A DNA stretch of 64,000 nt, taken from the NCBI GenBank assembly GCA_027064425.1, contig JAMOPO010000015.1, forward strand, positions 1 through 64,000. Direction: 5' to 3'. The translations under genes and the position numbers were made by a program. Shown in pieces: positions 58,878 through 64,000 of this stretch; positions within the stretch are counted from its first letter, which is position 1; every line of letters begins with the position of its first letter. This DNA comes from Methanobacteriota archaeon. GTDB lineage: Archaea; JAADCQ01; Methanopyri; Methanopyrales; Methanopyraceae. A model generated the notes under the pieces. The model saw only the letters and a program-made list of their open reading frames with translations, was not told the DNA's origin and did not search any database.

Positions 58878-59674
58878 ACGTACTCGATCCGGTACTTCAC
58901 TCCCCTCCGCTCCGCCTTCTCCTTCGCCCTCCTCAGCATCGGCGAGGTGACCAGCACGAGGGCCCGAAGCCCCTTCATCGCAGCCATGATGGCGCCGCTG
59001 ATCACGCCGAACTTCAGGTCCGGTTCCACCTCCATCATGTTCAGTGCGGCCCGAGCGGCCGTGCCCACCGCGCCGATCAGGTCGTAGTCCTCCTCCTCGA
59101 GCAGCTCCTTTAACTTCTCCATGTCGATCTTCCTCGTCCCGCCCTCCCGGACGCTCGGGATGCATACGAACACCACCTCCCCGCGCTCGAGCCCGGGGAT
59201 CTCGCCCTCGATATTCGTGACGGGTACGTCCTGACCCTCCTTCGCGTCCGCCTTCGCCACGGCCTTAGCCGACGTCTTCTTGCTCTTGGACGCGTACAGA
59301 ATGCCGTCCTCCAGGTAGAGATACACCGTGTCGCCCTTCTCGATGTCCTCGGCGGCGATGGCCGCCCACGTCATTTGCTTGCCCAGCTCCTCCGCCACCC
59401 GGGTCGAGAACCTGCGGATGTTGTTGACCGACTCCAGCGCCCGCTCCGCTCCCTTGTCCGTCAGGACGTACTCCGCCCGGCCCTTCTTCTCCACGTACCC
59501 CTCCTCAATGAGCTCCTTCACGTAGTTGTGAACGGCCTGCAGGGAGACGCCCAGCTCCTCCCCGATGTCCCCCAGGTGCACCCGGGGCTGCTTCAGGCCA
59601 ATGTAGGCGAGGATGAGCGTCTTCATCAACTCCCGACGATCCTTGAGCTCGTCCGGAACCGAGACGGTCGTCAA
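58874..59674 (-). CDS. Winged-helix transcriptional regulator (COG1497-like)
   Basis: IGEELGVSLQAVHNYVKELIEEG..Y.LT.KG; AIAAEDI..GD.V.L....G.LYA. Confidence 0.8.
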   Translation of the reverse strand: MTTVSVPDELKDRRELMKTLILAYIGLKQPRVHLGDIGEELGVSLQAVHNYVKELIEEGYVEKKGRAEYVLTDKGAERALESVNNIRRFSTRVAEELGKQMTWAAIAAEDIEKGDTVYLYLEDGILYASKSKKTSAKAVAKADAKEGQDVPVTNIEGEIPGLERGEVVFVCIPSVREGGTRKIDMEKLKELLEEEDYDLIGAVGTAARAALNMMEVEPDLKFGVISGAIMAAMKGLRALVLVTSPMLRRAKEKAERRGVKYRIEYV

Positions 59675-59675
59675 G

Positions 59676-60119
59676 CTACTCCCCCTCCTCCGTCGACACG
59701 ACCGTCAGCCTGGCCTGCTCCACGCCCTTGATCCCGCGGATCCGCTTCGTAATCTCCGCGATCTTCTCCCCGGGACCCTTCATGAGCAGGACCTCGAGGC
59801 ATTTCTCCTCCGAAACGTGCACGTGGAGCGTGGTGATGATCACGTCCGCGAACTCGTGCTGCACCTTGACCAGCTCCGGCTCCGCCCGCTCATGTCGATA
59901 AACGTAAGACAGCACGCCGAAGTACTCGTCCTCCAGCCGATCCGTCCACTCAATCCGCTGCAGGTACTCACGCAGAGCCTGCCGGAAGATCTCCGAGCGG
60001 CTCGCGAAGTACCCTGACGCGATCAGCTCGTTGACCTTCTCCAGCAGCCCCTCAGGAACCGTCACGGAGGTTCGCACCAGGTTCTCCTCGTTCGATCGCG
60101 ATCCGTTCCCTCCCGACAC
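59676..60119 (-). CDS. nikR: Nickel-responsive regulator NikR
   Basis: RHH RTSVTVP..SRSEIFRQA; YVYRH, QH, HVH....CLE. Confidence 0.9.
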   Translation of the reverse strand: MSGGNGSRSNEENLVRTSVTVPEGLLEKVNELIASGYFASRSEIFRQALREYLQRIEWTDRLEDEYFGVLSYVYRHERAEPELVKVQHEFADVIITTLHVHVSEEKCLEVLLMKGPGEKIAEITKRIRGIKGVEQARLTVVSTEEGE

Positions 60120-60148
60120 GGCCCGTCCCCCGCTTACCCCCGGTGTCC

Positions 60149-60165
60149 GTAATACTTGGTAATAC
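60149..60165. promoter_or_regulatory. Tandem GTAATAC repeat upstream of nikR (candidate operator)
   Basis: GTAATAC-TTG-GTAATAC, 30-46 bp before the nikR start. Confidence 0.5.
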
Positions 60166-60171
60166 CCCCGG

Positions 60172-60693
60172 TCAGCGCCCCCCTTTAATGGCTTTGAGGC
60201 TGATCAGCGCCATCGAGGTCGCGAGCTCGCAGAGGTCCTCCCGCAACACTACCCCGGATGACAGCACCCCAACCGCCCCTGCTCGCCGTCCCACCCCCTC
60301 GACCCCTGCGAGCTCGGAGAATACCTCGCCCACCTCCTCCCCCTCGAGTGCCCGCTCCTGCACCTCCTTCGGCAGCTGGAAGCCGGGACTGGTGCCGACC
60401 GCCTCGCGCCCCTCAGGGTCCAACAGGACGGCCACGTGCAGGTCCACGTAGGCGTCGCCCACCTCAACGAGCCCCGCCTCCAGCCCCACCGCGTAGCACC
60501 CCTCCTCCCACGCCCCCCTGGCGCGGTTGCGGGCCCCGCGGACGACCTCCTCCCAACCCACGGGCTGGGGCGGAACGCCCGACTCCACCTCCACCCCGTC
60601 CACCTCGACCTCCCGGTCCGGGAAGAACCTCAGGAACGCGCGCTGGGCCCCGCGCACCTTCACCGGGTTCTTACTCCCCACCCGAACCCGCAT
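60172..60693 (-). CDS. yjjX: Inosine/xanthosine triphosphatase (YjjX family)
   Basis: GSKNPVK, SGVPPQP, GARNRA, GLEAG, GAVGVLS. Confidence 0.9.
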   Translation of the reverse strand: MRVRVGSKNPVKVRGAQRAFLRFFPDREVEVDGVEVESGVPPQPVGWEEVVRGARNRARGAWEEGCYAVGLEAGLVEVGDAYVDLHVAVLLDPEGREAVGTSPGFQLPKEVQERALEGEEVGEVFSELAGVEGVGRRAGAVGVLSSGVVLREDLCELATSMALISLKAIKGGR

Positions 60694-61138
60694 GCCCGTC
60701 CCCCGACTCGCGCAGCTTGGTCGAGGAGATCCGCTCGCCGTTCCGGTCCAGGACGAAGGGAACGACGATAATCGCGAGCGGGTCGAGGCCGCGCTCGCGG
60801 CGCTTCTCGTTGATCTCGACGGCGGTGGGCTCGGTCTCCGGGCTCACCACGAGCGCCTCGAGCTCGGGGTCGTCGAGGGTGATCCCGTACCGGTCGTCCA
60901 GCGGCACGATCTCAACCCGATCCTCCGCGCCCAGCTCCCGGACGAGCTCTCGGACGCGCTCCACCCGGCGCTCGTGGGGCTCGACGCCCCGCTTGCCGAC
61001 TCTCTTCACGAACTCGTCCGTGGTGACGCCGATCACGACCCGCTCGCCCAGTTCCACGGCGACGGAGATGATCCGGCGGTGGCCCGGGTGCAGCCGGTCG
61101 AACGTGCCTCCCACGGCCACCTTGGAGAATCGCCTCAA
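60671..61138 (-). CDS. coaD: Phosphopantetheine adenylyltransferase (archaeal)
   Basis: GGTFDRLHPGH, VVSPET, ISSTKLR. Confidence 0.9.
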   Translation of the reverse strand: MRRFSKVAVGGTFDRLHPGHRRIISVAVELGERVVIGVTTDEFVKRVGKRGVEPHERRVERVRELVRELGAEDRVEIVPLDDRYGITLDDPELEALVVSPETEPTAVEINEKRRERGLDPLAIIVVPFVLDRNGERISSTKLRESGDGHAGSGGE

Positions 61139-62142
61139 CCCTTCCCACCCAGGATGTCCATGATGGACTGAAGGGCTTCACCCACCTCGAGGAACCCGTG
61201 CCGCAGCTCGCGGAGAACGCGCTGAATCGAGGCCCGGCGGAGGTGCGGGTGCCGCTCGTGCACCTGGTGCAGCAGCGGGCAGGAGTACTTGTAGTCGTGG
61301 AACTCGTCCAGGGCCTCCTCGACCAGCCTCCTCAGCTCGAACTTCGTCTTGGCCAGCGCGGCCGGTACGTGCAGCCTTAGCTTGTTCCCGTCCCGCTGCA
61401 CGCAGTGGTGCCCGGTCGGCAGCCCATCCCCGAACGCCACGACGTCGGTCTCCGCGTGCTCCGTGACGAGCTCCCGAATCCGGTCGTTGCAGCGCCCGCA
61501 GGGGTGTATCCGACCTTCCTCCAGGGACTTCTCGATGATGTCCGAGAAGTCCGCCTCAATGAACTCCGGTTCGGTGCCCAGGTACTCGGCGAGCGCCCGC
61601 ACGTTCTCCTTCATCTTCCTCGGGAGGATCATCGGGCCGGGATCCACGGTCACGAGCTCGACCTCGTAGCCCAGCTTGTGGAGGATGATCGCGGAGGCGG
61701 TGCTGTCGTAGCCCCCGGAGGCGGCCACCGTGATCCGGTGTCCACACGGCTCGAGGCCGTCCCACTCCTCCCAGAAGTCCCAGGGTCGCTCCCCTCGCAG
61801 CCGCTCGGTCTCTATCTCTATACCTTGGAGCACCCGCTCCAGCTCCGGGGCGCGCTCGAGCGCGCGCTCGATGGCCTTTCTCGCCATCTTCAACCGGGTG
61901 AGTCGGGTCTTAAGATCCGTCCAGGCTTGAACCACCACGCGGTCCAGGTCCAGTTCCTCCTTCAGGCGACCGGCGACGTAGCCTCCCGGGCCGATGAAGA
62001 AGGACATGTCCGAGCGGTCGCCGCCGATGATGACCAGCGTGCCGTCTTCCCACCGGACGTCAACCACCTTCGGTTCGGTCCGGCTCTTCGCACCCGCCTC
62101 CCTCCTTAGCCTCTCCACCTCCTTCATCAGGCGCTTCTCCAC
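61135..62142 (-). CDS. PP-loop ATPase with N-terminal KH-like region (COG1365-like)
   Basis: DRSDMS..IGPGG, ASGGYDST, HPCGRC, CPLL. Confidence 0.82.
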   Translation of the reverse strand: MEKRLMKEVERLRREAGAKSRTEPKVVDVRWEDGTLVIIGGDRSDMSFFIGPGGYVAGRLKEELDLDRVVVQAWTDLKTRLTRLKMARKAIERALERAPELERVLQGIEIETERLRGERPWDFWEEWDGLEPCGHRITVAASGGYDSTASAIILHKLGYEVELVTVDPGPMILPRKMKENVRALAEYLGTEPEFIEADFSDIIEKSLEEGRIHPCGRCNDRIRELVTEHAETDVVAFGDGLPTGHHCVQRDGNKLRLHVPAALAKTKFELRRLVEEALDEFHDYKYSCPLLHQVHERHPHLRRASIQRVLRELRHGFLEVGEALQSIMDILGGKG

Positions 62143-62887
62143 GGCCCTTACCCCATCGAACGGCTTTCGGTTCCTGGCGGTAGACTAGGCCCGCCTCCTC
62201 CTCAGGGGCCCACTCGCGCACGATCTCGGCGACCTTCTCCGCGTCCTTAACGACCACGACCAGGGAGTGGTCGTCCGAGAGCATCTTGGACCGGCCCTCA
62301 ATGACCTCGATGGCGTCGCCGAACACGTCCTTGATGGTGTCCACGACGATGTACTTGTCCTCGCCCGAGACGTGGATGCACCCGGTCTCTTTGTTGTAAT
62401 ACACCTCACCGCTGAGACCGGACTTAGCAATGGCCTTCATGACGACCTCAGCCAGCCTCCTCGTGACCTGCTTGCGGCTCAAAATTTTAACCGCCAGCTC
62501 CGCCTCCAGGTCCCCGGAGACGACGCGAACCTCGTCTCCGACTTCCGTTCCGCTCCGTGAAACCGTCCCCGCGGGCAGCTCTACAACCTCCTCCGCCTCT
62601 TCCCGCGGCACGTACACGCGCCATGGGCGGAGTTCTTCGACCGCGTCGACCACCTCGCCGTCGTCCAGGAAGAGGACGTCGATTGGGAACCTCATGAAGA
62701 ACGTGTGGATCGCGCAGGTTCGCCGTCCGCGCCTCGGCGGGCGGAGGACCAGACCCTCTCCGTACTCGAGGCGCTTCTTGAACATCAGCCCGCGGAGCCG
62801 GCGGAGGAAGGTGTCCGCGACTTCGGCCCGGTGGGCCAGGACCACGCCCTTGCTCTCGTTGATCACGGCGGCCCGCAACCCGACCAA
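62060..62887 (-). CDS. DUF192 protein with uncharacterised C-terminal extension
   Basis: ADTFLRRLRGLMF, IHTFFMRFPIDVLFLD, VELPAG. Confidence 0.8.
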   Translation of the reverse strand: MVGLRAAVINESKGVVLAHRAEVADTFLRRLRGLMFKKRLEYGEGLVLRPPRRGRRTCAIHTFFMRFPIDVLFLDDGEVVDAVEELRPWRVYVPREEAEEVVELPAGTVSRSGTEVGDEVRVVSGDLEAELAVKILSRKQVTRRLAEVVMKAIAKSGLSGEVYYNKETGCIHVSGEDKYIVVDTIKDVFGDAIEVIEGRSKMLSDDHSLVVVVKDAEKVAEIVREWAPEEEAGLVYRQEPKAVRWGKGRGEAPDEGGGEAKEGGGCEEPDRTEGG

Positions 62888-62911
62888 ACACCCCGTAGGG
62901 GGTCGATTCCG

Positions 62912-63718
62912 GTGTCGTCGATCGAGGGAGCGGTCAGGCGGATGGTCTCCTGCCTCGAGGTTAAGGCGGTGGTCGCGGATTTCGACGCGGACGTGGACGT
63001 TCCGACGGTCAAGGTTCCGGCCGATCTCCTGGACTCCGTCGGCCCCGTCGAGGCCTGCGCCAAGACGGGGGTGAAGGCGGGGGACTTCATTCTGCTGGCC
63101 TCAAAGGAGGCCGGAACCGTGACCTACCGGCCCGTCCGGCCCGAGGAGGAGCGCCTCGCCGGGCTGGAATCGTACAACGTCGTTAGCCGGCTGCTCTCGC
63201 TCCTCTCCGAGCTTGCGCTCGAGGGTGTTGAGGGGGAGCGGGTCGGTACGCTCTGCGTGGTCTCGGATGAGGCGGAGGGGATGTACCGAACGACGCTACC
63301 CATCCGTGTGGAAGGCGTGAACGTGATGACGGAGGAGGGGGGTCGCGTGCTCAAGGCCCTCTCCCGGCTGGACGGTGCGATCGTGATCAACTCGGACGGC
63401 AGCGTCGAGGCCGTCGGTGCCATTTTCGACGTTAACTCCGACAGCGTGCGTCCCGGACTCGGCGCGCGGCACACCACGGCCCTGCACGTGTCCCGGGAGC
63501 TGGCGTGTCCCGTAATAGTATTATCAGAATCGGGCCGGGTGCGCCTCTACTACCGAGGAAAGGAGGTTCTGGAGGTGCCGGCACGGGGAGCGCCGCGGGG
63601 GCCGAGTGCGGATGACGAAGAACATCGTGGTGAGCACGCTGCGGGAGAGTCCGTTCACGGGCGGGGACGTGGAGATAGTCGAGCGCAAGGGCGTGGGTCA
63701 TCCAGACAGCCTCGCTGA
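62912..63718 (+). CDS. dacZ: Diadenylate cyclase (DisA_N/DAC domain, DacZ-like)
   Basis: [37 protein letters not shown]; start GTG 62912. Confidence 0.78.
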   Translation: MSSIEGAVRRMVSCLEVKAVVADFDADVDVPTVKVPADLLDSVGPVEACAKTGVKAGDFILLASKEAGTVTYRPVRPEEERLAGLESYNVVSRLLSLLSELALEGVEGERVGTLCVVSDEAEGMYRTTLPIRVEGVNVMTEEGGRVLKALSRLDGAIVINSDGSVEAVGAIFDVNSDSVRPGLGARHTTALHVSRELACPVIVLSESGRVRLYYRGKEVLEVPARGAPRGPSADDEEHRGEHAAGESVHGRGRGDSRAQGRGSSRQPR

Positions 63719-64000
63719 CGGAATCGCGGAGAGCGTGTCTCGGGCGCTCTGCCGGGAGTACCTGAAGCGGTTCGACCGGATCCTCCATCACAACACGGAC
63801 GAGGTGCAGCTGGTCGCGGGCGAGGCCAAGCCCGAGTTCGGCGGCGGCGAGGTCATCCGGCCCATTTACATCCTGATCACCGGCCGGGCGACCGCTTACG
63901 TGGGTGACGAGGAGGTCCCGGTCGGGACGATCGCCCTGGAGGCCGCCCGCGAGTACCTGGACGAGACGCTGAGGTACCTCGACGTGGACCGACACGTCGT
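63612..64000 (+). CDS. metK: Archaeal S-adenosylmethionine synthetase, 5' part (runs off window end)
   Basis: Manual translation: [43 protein letters not shown]. Confidence 0.94.
   Translation, partial: MTKNIVVSTLRESPFTGGDVEIVERKGVGHPDSLADGIAESVSRALCREYLKRFDRILHHNTDEVQLVAGEAKPEFGGGEVIRPIYILITGRATAYVGDEEVPVGTIALEAAREYLDETLRYLDVDRHV

Noticed and set aside
63595-63640. CCGA..CGGATGA..GTGA near the metK start
   Set aside because: No upstream C box, and it lies within two overlapping coding regions.

Overview
GC-rich, gene-dense archaeal chromosome segment, almost certainly from a Methanopyrus species. The evidence is a full-length type IC topoisomerase V, methanogen-type SerRS, atwA, a stand-alone mtrF, cofD, mfnA/mfnE, dmrX, very acidic proteins and many GTG/TTG starts. 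Most of the window is core machinery: valS (partial), hisC, rpa-radA, the S6e-aIF2gamma-RpoE'-S24e-S27ae-KEOPS cluster, the S13-S4-S11-RpoD-L18e-L13-S9-RpoN operon, pyrBI, cofactor genes and metK (partial). I saw no CRISPR array, transposase or integrase. The main non-obvious signals are: (i) five box C/D guide sRNAs in or overlapping gene junctions, several complementary to conserved 16S rRNA motifs including the C1402 site; (ii) a locus after an intron-containing tRNA-Pro where an orphan secreted-protein gene is bracketed by two copies of a GTTACGA-N3-TCGTAAC palindrome and followed by a separately promoted k-turn/ACA-box RNA; (iii) an orphan Cas6-like gene between kae1 and serS; (iv) a tpt1-nfi-top5 cluster whose EndoV carries Asn at a catalytic Asp position; (v) local gene-order rearrangements and possible non-canonical start codons. 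All calls come from reading the sequence and recalled family motifs; no database searches were run.
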